Origin: Candidatus Woesearchaeota archaeon
GTDB lineage: Archaea; Nanobdellota; Nanobdellia; SCGC-AAA011-G17; JACPNG01
Length of the DNA: 64,000 nucleotides
Assembly (NCBI GenBank): GCA_016185605.1
Contig: JACPNG010000025.1
Location: 1,954-65,953, forward strand
Direction: 5' to 3'
In this document: positions 1-9,624 of the stretch, piece after piece
How the letters are laid out: every line of letters starts with the position of its first letter
Numbering within the stretch: the stretch's first letter is position 1
Translations under genes and position numbers: made by a program
Notes under the pieces: model-generated
What the model saw: only the letters and a program-made list of their open reading frames with translations
The model's database searches: none
What the model was told of the DNA's origin: nothing

Positions 1-905
1 AAATTGTAGTTGAACCAGAAACATTTTCTGAAAAGCCTGAAGATTTAATCTCTAAAACTAATAATATTCCTAATGAGCCAGCTATAAAAGCGTTGTCATT
101 TTCCTGGGAGAAAGATATTGGCTCAAGAATTGTAGATGGATCTGTTCCTTTTGTGCATATGTTGAAGGATGGAAATATTCGTTTGTATTACTGTAATAGT
201 AAAGGAATATTATCTGCAGTTTCCAAGGATGGCATAACATTTACCAAAGAGCAAGGAGTAAGGATTTCACCAGGGACAGGATTTGAATTACAAGTTTGCG
301 ATCCAACTATTGTAGATCTTCCAAATGAAAAAATTAGAATGTACTACAAAGGCGCGAATAGTTTAAATCCCGGGCCAGGACAATCAATACACAAAATCTA
401 TTCTGCTGTATCTTCAGATGGATTAAATTTTCAAAAAGAAGGGCTTAGAATTGATTCAGAGACTAATGGAGATAATGGCTGGGCATCTGTCCCAGACGCA
501 ATAACTCTTCCAGACGGCAGAGTAAGATTATATTATGTGACTGCCGCAGAAATGCAGCACGGGATTGGATCAGCTATATCTTCAGACGGTCTAAATTTTG
601 TAAAAGAGCAAGGAATTAGAGTTGAAAATTTAGTGGATCCTTCGTTAGTTAAAATTAGAGATAAATATATTTTATTTGCAGCTTCCATAGATGAAAGATT
701 TGCAAGAGTTCCTAAGGGAATTTATTATCTAGAATCATCTGATGGTCTTGATTTTAGTGAACCAATTGAAGTTTTCCAAGAGGATAATGTTTATGATCCG
801 TCTGTCTTGAAGATAGATGAGAATACTATTAGGGTGTTTTATGGGAAAGTAGTACCTCCTCAACAACCTGCAGTTGAAAGTCACACTGGGAAGATTGTAG
901 AATGA
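1..905 (+). CDS. BNR/Asp-box-like repeat beta-propeller protein (5' partial, enters from upstream of window)
   Basis: Four tandem ~45-aa repeats each with S-x-D-G-(I/L)-x-F (SKDGITF, SSDGLNF, SSDGLNF, SSDGLDF) and R(L/M/V)YY strands; no in-frame stop between nt 3 and the TTG at 93, so the frame is open to the window edge. Confidence 0.5.
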   Translation, partial: IVVEPETFSEKPEDLISKTNNIPNEPAIKALSFSWEKDIGSRIVDGSVPFVHMLKDGNIRLYYCNSKGILSAVSKDGITFTKEQGVRISPGTGFELQVCDPTIVDLPNEKIRMYYKGANSLNPGPGQSIHKIYSAVSSDGLNFQKEGLRIDSETNGDNGWASVPDAITLPDGRVRLYYVTAAEMQHGIGSAISSDGLNFVKEQGIRVENLVDPSLVKIRDKYILFAASIDERFARVPKGIYYLESSDGLDFSEPIEVFQEDNVYDPSVLKIDENTIRVFYGKVVPPQQPAVESHTGKIVE

Positions 906-970
906 CTGAGAAAAAGATTAAATTTCATGTATTTAGAAAAGCTTATATTTGAAAATAATTAGAATTAGCC

Positions 971-1423
971 ATGACATTTCAATTTTACAAGCAGGAGACA
1001 AAATATACGTGCGGAGCAGCAGCTATGCGCATGGCTTTGGAATTCTTCGGAATTAGAAGATCTGAAAAGCAATTGGCAAAATTACTTGGAACAAACAAAG
1101 TTAGCGGCACATGGTATAAGGATCTTGGAGCTGTTGCAGAAAAATTTGAGCTGAATTATATATCAATGAGGAATTCTACGTTTAAAGATTTAAAGGAGTA
1201 CCAAAAGAAAGGATTTATTATTATAATATTATACTTCTCCCCAAAAAATAAAATAGCCCATCTTTCTGTCCTCAGAAAAATTGACAGTAAAAATATTTAT
1301 TTCTGGGATCCCTGGTTCGGTCCGGAGCATAAATATGGTTTGAAATATTTTGAAAAAATATGGAGGTGCGATCCAAGATATGGCAGTGAAAAGCGCTGGT
1401 TCTTTGCTATGAAAAAACCTTAA
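971..1423 (+). CDS. papain-fold (peptidase C39-like) cysteine peptidase domain protein
   Basis: N-terminal YTCGAAAMRMALEFFG resembles the catalytic-Cys motif of C39-like peptidases; candidate His further on (IAHLSVL); 150 aa stand-alone domain. Confidence 0.4.
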   Translation: MTFQFYKQETKYTCGAAAMRMALEFFGIRRSEKQLAKLLGTNKVSGTWYKDLGAVAEKFELNYISMRNSTFKDLKEYQKKGFIIIILYFSPKNKIAHLSVLRKIDSKNIYFWDPWFGPEHKYGLKYFEKIWRCDPRYGSEKRWFFAMKKP

Positions 1424-1436
1424 ATTAATTTAATAA

Positions 1437-2759
1437 TTATCCAATGTCCATCTCAAGAACTTCCCTGCACTTTCTTTCAATAAGGCAATCCTGAAAACAC
1501 CCCTCTTGCTCTGGGGTTAAAAAGTCAGAATCTGGAGTTTCGCAGATAGTATCGCAATCATTCATTTGAGCATTAGTGCATTTTGGCCAGGAGCTTGTGC
1601 TAAGTACTTTAATGTTATCATCCACAACAACGCCTTGTCCAAACACTCTTAAAGCATTTTTATATCCAACTAATTCTTGATCTTCTTTGTCAAATCCAGC
1701 TATTACAAATCTTGAAATTTTAATAGCTCTGTCAAATACTTTAGAATCAAAAGCGTATTCTGGGCCAATTTCAGTACCCCACATGACTTTATTAGGAACA
1801 GCATTAACTAATGGCTTATAAGCATTAATGGCACTATTAATCATCTTTTTTTCATTGGATTCATAATAAGAAACAAATTTATTTATTGATGATTCCTTAT
1901 TTGCACTGTCAAGGTCATAGATGGCATCCCCATCAATATGAATAATATGCGCTGCATCAATGCTGAAATAAATGTTATTATTTTCTCGTAATATTTTAAT
2001 TAATTTATCCATGCTTTTGTCTAAGTCTTCCCTGTACATATGGATAAGAAAAGTTGTATCTGGATATGCTTTAACGATTTTCTCAACATCATCTATTTTA
2101 TTAGCAACTGGATGAAACATAAAGTTAATATTATTTTTCTGAGCCAGACTAATCAATTGTATTATCTTTGGATCATTATGACTCACACCCCATTCCTGAG
2201 TTTCAACCTCTCCAAATCCTCTAATAAATTCTTTTCCTGCTATTTTTTGAGATGCTGTTAAAGTATTCTTGTACATTTTTGTTAATTCTTCTCCAAGATA
2301 TTTTTCTACTTCTTCTCCCCCAATTCCAGGATTGAAGAAGGGAATTATTCTATTGGGGTGTTTTTTTACAGCATAAATAACCTCTCCTAGTCCTTGATCA
2401 CTAGTAAGAGTATTAATTGTTGGCTCTCCTGAAATACCGAACATGCCTATGAAAAAATTAATCCCATTCCTGTCAAGATTTTCAAAATAAGAATCCATTG
2501 ATGCGCTTCCAACTTGTTCAGAAGTTCCGTATAAAGGCCCGTTATAAACTCCTGGATAAGTTAAAACTGGGTTAAATATCTGGAATTTTTCCTCAATGGT
2601 TGGTTCAGATTCTTCTTTAACCTCTTCTATTATTTTTGGTTCTTCTATTAATAATTCATCTGCTTCTGGAATATTACTAATTTCCTCAATATTGTCAATG
2701 GATTTATTGCATCCAAAAGCAAATATAACAACTAATAGAATTAATACAATCTTCTTCAT
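1437..2759 (-). CDS. lipoprotein, putative TIM-barrel metal-dependent hydrolase with Cys-rich C-terminal tail
   Basis: Lipobox-type signal MKKIVLILLVVIFAFGC; His-containing strand motifs (FHPV, IHMY, HIIHID); 8 Cys in last ~50 aa. Confidence 0.35.
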   Translation of the reverse strand: MKKIVLILLVVIFAFGCNKSIDNIEEISNIPEADELLIEEPKIIEEVKEESEPTIEEKFQIFNPVLTYPGVYNGPLYGTSEQVGSASMDSYFENLDRNGINFFIGMFGISGEPTINTLTSDQGLGEVIYAVKKHPNRIIPFFNPGIGGEEVEKYLGEELTKMYKNTLTASQKIAGKEFIRGFGEVETQEWGVSHNDPKIIQLISLAQKNNINFMFHPVANKIDDVEKIVKAYPDTTFLIHMYREDLDKSMDKLIKILRENNNIYFSIDAAHIIHIDGDAIYDLDSANKESSINKFVSYYESNEKKMINSAINAYKPLVNAVPNKVMWGTEIGPEYAFDSKVFDRAIKISRFVIAGFDKEDQELVGYKNALRVFGQGVVVDDNIKVLSTSSWPKCTNAQMNDCDTICETPDSDFLTPEQEGCFQDCLIERKCREVLEMDIG

Positions 2760-2783
2760 TATTTTAATCTGATTAGGGTATAT

Positions 2784-4430
2784 TTAAAGTTTCTGAGTAA
2801 ATAAGCAATCGAATAATTCCTTTAAATTTAATTCAAAAGCAGAAACAGGGGTTTCTATTCCAAATTTGTTTAAAACATAAGGATTAATCTCGCCAATATA
2901 AGCTATATTTTTTCCATTGACAATAACCTTTCCAACTCTTCCCGGAATAAAAATGTTATTTTCAGCATTTTCTATAGTGTAATTTAATCCAAGATTTTCA
3001 AATAATGAATCTATTATCTGCTTTGCTCCTGTAAAATTAGCCTTTGAATGTGATAATGCAACAGCTAATTTATTTTCTTCTAATATTCCTGTTTCACTTT
3101 TTCCTTTCTTGAATGTATATCCAATCTCAAAGATATTCTGGGGATATTCATTATGCTTATTATTTGATAATGTTTTTAATAAGCTCTGGATTATGGAGTT
3201 CCTCAATACATTATACTCTTCATTTGAGCTTATCAATTCAATATAGTCTGAATTAAGATTAATATTACTTAATTCATTCTTGCTTGTTATATTGTAATTT
3301 GAGACTTCCATTAACCCAAATCCAGCCAATAAATCAGCTATTTTATTCTTGAAGATCTCAAACTTATTTTCCTCCCCAATAGTTGAAATGTTAGGAATTA
3401 TCTCTTTAAAATTCTCATATCCGTATGCTATTGCTATATCCTCTATTAAATCAATTGGATGAAGTATATCAACCCTATAGGCTGGAATCAAAACTTTGTT
3501 TTTATATCCATATCCCATCATCTCAAGATATTTTTTAATTTCATTATGGGTTAATTTTAATCCCAATAATTTATTTGCATAATTCAAATCTAATTTCATC
3601 TCTGTTGGCTTCAAATCAGGAGTGATAATTTTCTTTCCATAATTTATCTCAACAGAATAGATATCACCATTCATCTCATTTAATGCTGTCACAATAATAT
3701 TAAGGGTCTGCTTTAGTATGTTAAGATCAAAACCAGAACACTCAATGAAAACATCCTTAGTATTTTCTCCAATCTTTCCTATCTTATGGGAGTTTATGAT
3801 TGGAGGCATTGACAATACTTCATTATTTGAGTCAATGAACAACGGATATTTTTCTTTTCCCCCTAATAAATGCTTATATGATTTTCCAGCAGGATGCTCA
3901 TTTAGTATTTGATTAGCAGTCATTACTTTATTTGATTCTAATGGCTGGAATTTTATTTCATCTGGCTTTTTTGATATATATTTTATGGGCCATTTTATCT
4001 TTTCCATTGGATAAATCCCAATAGCTGCTTTTTTTCTGTCCCTTCCAAAAGTAACATGCAATTTCTCCTGTATCTGTATTATCTCCCGAATCTTTTCATT
4101 GTCAAATTTTAAATTCTTGACAACAGCGCATGCAGTATATGGCCTTATTGATTTAACAGAAGAATCAACTATTACTTTGTAGTTTGATTTATTTACTTTG
4201 TAATTTCTTAATCCTTTTTTTGTTCCAATAAATGATGAGAATGCCCTTGCAAATCCCTGTTCAGAAAGCATGTCCGGCCTATTAGGAAATATTTCCACAA
4301 TAATTTCATTATCATTTATCTCCTCAAGATCTGTTCCTAGATAGCTTATTCTGTCTTTTAACTGCTCTACAGATAATTTTTTCCCAACTAATTTGTCAAA
4401 TACTTTTTTATTAATATTTACTACTGGCAT
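2784..4430 (-). CDS. pheT: phenylalanyl-tRNA synthetase beta subunit (archaeal type)
   Basis: 548 aa, N-terminus MPVVNINKKVFDKLVGKKLSVEQL typical of archaeal PheT; ends 1 nt before pheS. Confidence 0.9.
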   Translation of the reverse strand: MPVVNINKKVFDKLVGKKLSVEQLKDRISYLGTDLEEINDNEIIVEIFPNRPDMLSEQGFARAFSSFIGTKKGLRNYKVNKSNYKVIVDSSVKSIRPYTACAVVKNLKFDNEKIREIIQIQEKLHVTFGRDRKKAAIGIYPMEKIKWPIKYISKKPDEIKFQPLESNKVMTANQILNEHPAGKSYKHLLGGKEKYPLFIDSNNEVLSMPPIINSHKIGKIGENTKDVFIECSGFDLNILKQTLNIIVTALNEMNGDIYSVEINYGKKIITPDLKPTEMKLDLNYANKLLGLKLTHNEIKKYLEMMGYGYKNKVLIPAYRVDILHPIDLIEDIAIAYGYENFKEIIPNISTIGEENKFEIFKNKIADLLAGFGLMEVSNYNITSKNELSNINLNSDYIELISSNEEYNVLRNSIIQSLLKTLSNNKHNEYPQNIFEIGYTFKKGKSETGILEENKLAVALSHSKANFTGAKQIIDSLFENLGLNYTIENAENNIFIPGRVGKVIVNGKNIAYIGEINPYVLNKFGIETPVSAFELNLKELFDCLFTQKL

Positions 4431-4431
4431 T

Positions 4432-5940
4432 TTATTTCAACCAAAGTTTAAACTCCCTTAATTTTTTCAAGTCATTATTATAGACTTCCCTTAAATCCTT
4501 TATATTATAATAATCAATAATAGATCTTTCCATTCCTTGCCCCCAAGCCAATACAGGAATATCTTTTCCAAGTAATGGCTTTACAACCTCTGGTCTAAAG
4601 ATTCCCGCTCCCCCTAATTCAATCCATTCTTTCTTTACAGGATGAAATACTTCAGGCTCAACTGAAAATTCTGTATATGGAAAATAAGCTGGCCTGAATC
4701 TTACTTTATTAAATCCCAGTTTTTTATAATATTCTTTTAGATATCCAAGCAAATGCCTAAAGTTGGCATTTTCATCTATTACAATTCCCTCTACCTGGTA
4801 GAATTCAAATAAATGCTTCCAGTCTAATGTCTCATTTCTAAAAACTTTTCCTACTGAGAAGAATTTAGCTGGCAATTCTTTTTCTTTTAATCCAGCGATT
4901 GTCTTTGCACTTAGTACAGTAGTATGTGTTCTTAGAACATTTTTTCTTGCTTCTTTTTCATTCCATGAATACTGCCATCCTTTACTATTCGTAGTCCACC
5001 CGTTTTCATGGGTTAATTTAATTCTTTTTACTATTTCATTGCCTGGAAGGTTTCCAGCTTCTGGATTCTTAATGAAATAAGTGTCTTGTAGTTCTCTTAC
5101 TGGATGGTCCTGGGCTGTAAATAAAGCATCAAAGTTCCAGAAGCTTGTTTGCGTTAAAGAACCTTGCATTTCCTTAAATCCCATCTCAAGCCATATTTTT
5201 TTTATGTTTTGAATAGCTTGGTTGACGAAATGTCTTTTTCCAGGGTAGATTCTTGGAGAATTAGTTTTTAAGTCATATCTCCTGAATTTTTTATTCCTCC
5301 AGGAATTAGTTTTTAGCATTTCTATTGTTAATGTATCAATCAAATCATCTGTTATTTTTTCTTTGATTAATTGCCTTCCAATATCTGTTAATTTTGCATA
5401 TCTTAATTTTATAACATCTGTTTTTAGTATTTGTTTTCTTAATCTTAATTCTTCATATAACTGTTTGTATCTTCCCAAGTCTTTAGTTTCTAATGGAAGT
5501 TTTCTTAGAAATTCTTCCTTGTTTTCTTTTAGTGAATTTTTTCCTTTTTCTGTTATCTTTATTTTTCCGTTGTTTATGGAAATTAAATTATTTTTTTTCA
5601 ATAATCCCAAGCTAATGTTAAATTCTTCATCATTTAAGTTGGCTTTCTGCTTTATCTCATTGAAATTCAATTCTTTTGTTAATGACTTTAGAAATCTTGT
5701 CTCTGGCAATCCATCTTTTATATATTCCAATCCATTTTTATCCAAGCTTATAACTTCCTTTAACTCCTGTTTTATCTTTAGAACATCTTTATTCTGGAGC
5801 CATTGCAATGCCCTCATTGCCTCTATATCTTTTAGCTTGGTCTTTTCTATTATTTCATTTAATTCTATGTTTTCTTTTAATATGGGAAGAACTCTTCTTT
5901 CTAATGGATGTAATGTTTCAACTAATTCCTTGATAGGCAT
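4432..5940 (-). CDS. pheS: phenylalanyl-tRNA synthetase alpha subunit (archaeal type)
   Basis: Class II core motifs FRPAYFPYTEFSVEPEV, GGAGIFRPEV, GQGMERS; 502 aa with long N-terminal helical/wHTH extension. Confidence 0.9.
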   Translation of the reverse strand: MPIKELVETLHPLERRVLPILKENIELNEIIEKTKLKDIEAMRALQWLQNKDVLKIKQELKEVISLDKNGLEYIKDGLPETRFLKSLTKELNFNEIKQKANLNDEEFNISLGLLKKNNLISINNGKIKITEKGKNSLKENKEEFLRKLPLETKDLGRYKQLYEELRLRKQILKTDVIKLRYAKLTDIGRQLIKEKITDDLIDTLTIEMLKTNSWRNKKFRRYDLKTNSPRIYPGKRHFVNQAIQNIKKIWLEMGFKEMQGSLTQTSFWNFDALFTAQDHPVRELQDTYFIKNPEAGNLPGNEIVKRIKLTHENGWTTNSKGWQYSWNEKEARKNVLRTHTTVLSAKTIAGLKEKELPAKFFSVGKVFRNETLDWKHLFEFYQVEGIVIDENANFRHLLGYLKEYYKKLGFNKVRFRPAYFPYTEFSVEPEVFHPVKKEWIELGGAGIFRPEVVKPLLGKDIPVLAWGQGMERSIIDYYNIKDLREVYNNDLKKLREFKLWLK

Positions 5941-5991
5941 ATTTAGTCTATTGACAAGTTTGTATATAAATATTATTATTTGAAGAATTGG

Positions 5992-6309
5992 TTAGAATGG
6001 GATATCATCTGATCGAACTTCTTCTGCTAAAATAACCTCTAATCTTTTTAAATCTGATATCCTTGCTGTTTTGAAATCTTTAAATGAAACTTCCCATAAT
6101 TCTCTATTAGCTGGGTGATACATTGATATTCTTAATTTATCTGGGCTTATATTATATATATATCCTACAACTTTTGTTTTTCTCTCCACAGAATATCTAT
6201 CATTAGATAATAGGTTTAATAACCATCCCCTCTCTTGACTATAATTAAATTTAACTAAATCTCCTTTCTCTGTATATTTAGGTTTAATTGGTTTAAATTC
6301 ATATGCCAT
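5992..6309 (-). CDS. hypothetical protein
   Basis: 105-aa ORF in tight tandem with the next two genes; no recognisable motif. Confidence 0.4.
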   Translation of the reverse strand: MAYEFKPIKPKYTEKGDLVKFNYSQERGWLLNLLSNDRYSVERKTKVVGYIYNISPDKLRISMYHPANRELWEVSFKDFKTARISDLKRLEVILAEEVRSDDIPF

Positions 6310-6315
6310 TTTATT

Positions 6316-6783
6316 TCACCAAAAACAAACCTTTTCTCCTTTTTCTTTACTAGCTAATCCACGCAAATAAACTTCTCTTTCTATACTTTTTCTAAAACTA
6401 TTATCAGATGGTATTGGTTGTCTTATTGATACATCAAATTTCATATTATCTTTAGTTGCATATTGTTGACTTCTCTCATCTCCGTTAAATATTACTCCTT
6501 GAACCTCTGTATCTTCTCTTCCTATATATTTACCATCAAATTCTATAAAACGACCTTTTCTCGCGACTAATACTCTATGCTTTATTCCTAAATATTCTAC
6601 ATCTATAATTCTTTCAGAAAGAGTAACATCACCATTTTCTCTATTTTTATTCGGGTTTTCTAATATATCTATTAATCCAGATACAAATTTCCTTCTTTCA
6701 AGTTTAGCTCCATTATTGCTATTAAATAAATGAAGATATGTTTCTGGATTCCTGTCAAAATTTACAGAGCCTAGTTGTACCAT
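6316..6783 (-). CDS. hypothetical protein
   Basis: 155-aa ORF, 6-nt spacing to flanking genes; no recognisable motif. Confidence 0.4.
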   Translation of the reverse strand: MVQLGSVNFDRNPETYLHLFNSNNGAKLERRKFVSGLIDILENPNKNRENGDVTLSERIIDVEYLGIKHRVLVARKGRFIEFDGKYIGREDTEVQGVIFNGDERSQQYATKDNMKFDVSIRQPIPSDNSFRKSIEREVYLRGLASKEKGEKVCFW

Positions 6784-6784
6784 T

Positions 6785-7177
6785 TTATTTTAAATTTTTT
6801 AATCCTTCTTGTTTCTTAATCTCTAAAATTTTATTCAGATAATCATCAAACTGTTTTTGAGCTTCTTTCACAACCTCTTCTCCATCATTTCTTTTTTTTG
6901 AATATATTTTTTTTACTCCATCCTTTGTAATATATACCTGGTCGACTGTGAAATTACCATAAGAGAGTAGTCCTGTATCTCGATAAACAATTGTTCTTCC
7001 ATCAGGTTTAGTAACAACTAAATAATTACTGGCCTTCCAAAAATCTTGGTAGAATATTACTTTATCTTCTCCTATCTTACCATCAAAATGATACTCTGGA
7101 TTATCAGAGCATCCAGCTAATCCCAATCCAATTGTAGAGGCTAATACTATTCTCCCTAAATTATTTCTAAGACTCAT
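6785..7177 (-). CDS. lipoprotein, hypothetical
   Basis: Signal plus lipobox (LGLAGCSDNPEY); overlaps trmB-like gene by 4 nt. Confidence 0.45.
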   Translation of the reverse strand: MSLRNNLGRIVLASTIGLGLAGCSDNPEYHFDGKIGEDKVIFYQDFWKASNYLVVTKPDGRTIVYRDTGLLSYGNFTVDQVYITKDGVKKIYSKKRNDGEEVVKEAQKQFDDYLNKILEIKKQEGLKNLK

Positions 7178-7977
7178 TTTATTACCTCCAACTTATTCCA
7201 GTTTAGGTTAAACATATTCTCTAAAGCATTAGCAAAAAATGGAGAATTAACCCATATTCCAATATCATAGCTGTCATGCACTTCTTTATCGTGGTTTACC
7301 ATAAATAATATATCCTTGGAATCAACAATAACAAATCTTGCATTGACATCTTTTGAGTTTCTGACTTCCATTCCCTTTAAGTTTTTTACCAATGATTTTA
7401 CCCTGTCATTGGCTTGGGTTGCTATTCTAATCTTGACATTATTGCTTGTTAATTTTTTAAGATTTTTATTCAATTCATTTACCTTTCTTACAAATCCATC
7501 TGATGTAGTAACAATTGTAACTGACTTTTTGGCGTTTCCAAGCATTGTTTCTATCTGGTTATAGATGTTATTTCTTCCTTTTATAGCGCCGCTTAGATTG
7601 CTTGGATCAATATGCTCAATTCCGTTCTTAAACAGTAAATCCAGATCATTAAATAAGTTAGTTTCCTTTACATTTTCTAAGCTCTTTAATTTTTCATCTG
7701 ATTCTTCTTTTATGGATTTTTTTACCCTTTTGATTATCTCTTCTGGCGCTACTGCTATATATCTTATTGGCTTTCCTAATTTCATCATCACAAAGCCTTT
7801 CTTTTCCAATGATTCAAGAACATCATAGCTTCTTGACCTTGGGACATTGCTTATATCGGATAATTCTCCTGCTGTAGCTAATCCCCTACTAAGTAAAGCA
7901 GTCCATATCTTTACTTCATACTCATTCAACTCAAATGCTCCCCTTAACTTCCTTAAAAAATCTTCTTGAACTATCAT
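7174..7977 (-). CDS. TrmB-family transcriptional regulator
   Basis: N-terminal wHTH LNEYEVKIWTALLSRGLATAGELSDISNVPRSRSYDVLESLEKKGFV characteristic of TrmB; C-terminal effector domain. Confidence 0.7.
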   Translation of the reverse strand: MIVQEDFLRKLRGAFELNEYEVKIWTALLSRGLATAGELSDISNVPRSRSYDVLESLEKKGFVMMKLGKPIRYIAVAPEEIIKRVKKSIKEESDEKLKSLENVKETNLFNDLDLLFKNGIEHIDPSNLSGAIKGRNNIYNQIETMLGNAKKSVTIVTTSDGFVRKVNELNKNLKKLTSNNVKIRIATQANDRVKSLVKNLKGMEVRNSKDVNARFVIVDSKDILFMVNHDKEVHDSYDIGIWVNSPFFANALENMFNLNWNKLEVIK

Positions 7978-8420
7978 TTTAATTTATTTAATGCCTCCAT
8001 TAAGTAATCTTCATCAGCTATTTTTTTTGATACATATCTATTAAATAAGTCTATATCATTACTGCCTATATTTGAGCATGATGCTACACCAACTATAGGA
8101 GTATATAAACAACCTTCCTTTGATCTAGCAAATCCAGCCAGAACAACATCTGCTTCTATACCAAATCCATAATCAACTAGAGCTTTATCCAATGTTTTAA
8201 TTTTTAATCCTTGAAATTCAAATTTTGCTTTATTAGCAATATCTGAAGCTAAGCTTACAGCAAATGAATCTACAAATCTTAATGGATTTAAAGCCCTAAA
8301 AATTTCTGTTCTTTCCCTTACTTCTTCTAATCTATATGTAAAATCTCTATCTATTTTAAACTCTACTCTATGAGCTCTTGTAGCATTAAACAACGCTTCA
8401 TTGTCAAATTCAATTCCCAT
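7974..8420 (-). CDS. hypothetical protein
   Basis: 148-aa ORF overlapping trmB start by 4 nt; no recognised motif. Confidence 0.4.
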   Translation of the reverse strand: MGIEFDNEALFNATRAHRVEFKIDRDFTYRLEEVRERTEIFRALNPLRFVDSFAVSLASDIANKAKFEFQGLKIKTLDKALVDYGFGIEADVVLAGFARSKEGCLYTPIVGVASCSNIGSNDIDLFNRYVSKKIADEDYLMEALNKLK

Positions 8421-8530
8421 TTCTTCTATTCTCCTATTAAACTCTTTTTAGAACCCCTTTTATATCTATAAATAGAAAATATAGGTTTATAAACCTTTCG
8501 ATTATTTAACACTATAAAGTAGTAAAAGAA

Positions 8531-9208
8531 TTACTTCTTAAATATGAATTTATTTAGATTTTTTTTGGCTTTCTCTCTATTCTTTTGATGAATTTTCAGG
8601 AATTTGTTTATTTTTTCTATTAATATTTCCTTTATCTCAGAAGTCAATAATTTCCCGGATTTATAGTCATAATAGATATTCTGAAGCTTTTTATCATCCT
8701 CTTCAAAGAATGTCAGCCATTGATAGCTTATATCAATTTCAGGATTTCCCCCTTTTTCCCTGTGCTCTTTTATTGTGGGCTGTCCCCCTGAAAAAGCATA
8801 TTTTCTGATTTTATTCTCAACAGATTCTGGAGAATCAATAGTATAAACAGCAGTTGATTCTTCGGATGCTGACATTTTATTTGGACCAGACAAAGCAGGC
8901 AGGAATCTGCAGTGTAATGCAGCTGGCTTATAATATCCAAGCTTTGTTATTACATCTCTTGATATCCTAAAATGTGGATCTTGATCAAATCCCATTGGAA
9001 TTAAGCAAGGAATATTTTTTTTTGCCAGAACACTAGGCAAAAAAGCAGGAACTGTCTGCATGGAAGTATAGAATATAGCCCCTATATTCATCTCATTATC
9101 AAATCCAAAAGCTGCCTTGGCTGTTGAGAATGTTATTTTTTTTGCCACTTTAATTGCTTCCTTATACATTAGATTAGCATGTTTCTTTTGTGTAATAACT
9201 AGTGTCAT
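8531..9208 (-). CDS. trpS: tryptophanyl-tRNA synthetase, C-terminal fragment (KMSAS motif half)
   Basis: ...ITFSTAKAAFGF..., KMSASEE (KMSKS-type) motif and anticodon-binding tail; different frame from the N-terminal fragment, overlapping it by 35 nt. Confidence 0.7.
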   Translation of the reverse strand: MTLVITQKKHANLMYKEAIKVAKKITFSTAKAAFGFDNEMNIGAIFYTSMQTVPAFLPSVLAKKNIPCLIPMGFDQDPHFRISRDVITKLGYYKPAALHCRFLPALSGPNKMSASEESTAVYTIDSPESVENKIRKYAFSGGQPTIKEHREKGGNPEIDISYQWLTFFEEDDKKLQNIYYDYKSGKLLTSEIKEILIEKINKFLKIHQKNREKAKKNLNKFIFKK

Positions 9209-9584
9209 CCAATGTTAAATTATCCTTGAATAAGAATTTCTCCTCATCTGGAAATTGGAACCATAACTCTACATCAAATTTATCTTGTAACCATTTTGTA
9301 AATATCCATGGAACTAAATGACCTAAATGAATATTTCCAGAAGGGGCTCTTCCCGTGTATAAGAAAAATTTATTCTTTTTTTCATATTCATCCAATAGCC
9401 AGTTCATATCTCTATGAGAAAAGAAAATGTTTCTTCTAAGCATATAATGGATTTCTTTAGTGTGCTTTTTTATTCTTGATAATAACTTGTCATCTATTGC
9501 TTGAGTGCCAAACTCTTTTATTAATTTGTCATAATCAATATCCCCTTTAACCTCCCAAGGTGTTACTACAAAGTCTTTTTTCAT
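9174..9584 (-). CDS. trpS: tryptophanyl-tRNA synthetase, N-terminal fragment (HIGH motif half)
   Basis: VTPWEVKGDIDYDKLIKEFG and class I HIGH-type motif PSGNIHLGHLVP; terminates at TAA 9176..9174 in the middle of the expected catalytic domain. Confidence 0.7.
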   Translation of the reverse strand: MKKDFVVTPWEVKGDIDYDKLIKEFGTQAIDDKLLSRIKKHTKEIHYMLRRNIFFSHRDMNWLLDEYEKKNKFFLYTGRAPSGNIHLGHLVPWIFTKWLQDKFDVELWFQFPDEEKFLFKDNLTLDDTSYYTKETC

Positions 9585-9624
9585 TAATTAACATAAGAAT
9601 ACAGCTAATTAAAAAGTTTTCTGG

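Noticed and set aside
2040-2261. 73-aa plus-strand ORF inside the lipoprotein gene. It stands for the many similar short antisense ORFs in the track: 3718..3912, 5363..5983, 7316..7828, 9714..9920, 10437..12601 plus strand, 13666..13944, 15148..16167 minus, 17133..18000 minus, 18865..19212, 20158..20382, 23544..23744, 26404..27593 plus, 28034..29643 plus, 29801..30239, 30715..31050, 31475..31690, 32344..33885 plus, 38646..38999, 40251..41148 minus, 43478..43900, 45545..45973 minus, 46180..46533, 47841..48065, 49336..49545, 50198..51222, 52602..52814, 53538..53888, 54625..54894, 56682..56885, 58875..60950 plus, 61857..62377, 63406..63792.
   Set aside because: All are fully nested antisense or out-of-frame within genes that have strong homology support. 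They are low-complexity F/L/I/S/N-rich translations typical of AT-rich antisense strands, and none has a recognisable motif.
9170-9220. Programmed ribosomal frameshift in trpS.
   Set aside because: A +1 shift would be required and no recognisable slippery or stimulatory element is present. Since ~20 aa also appear to be missing at the junction, an indel or split gene is more plausible.
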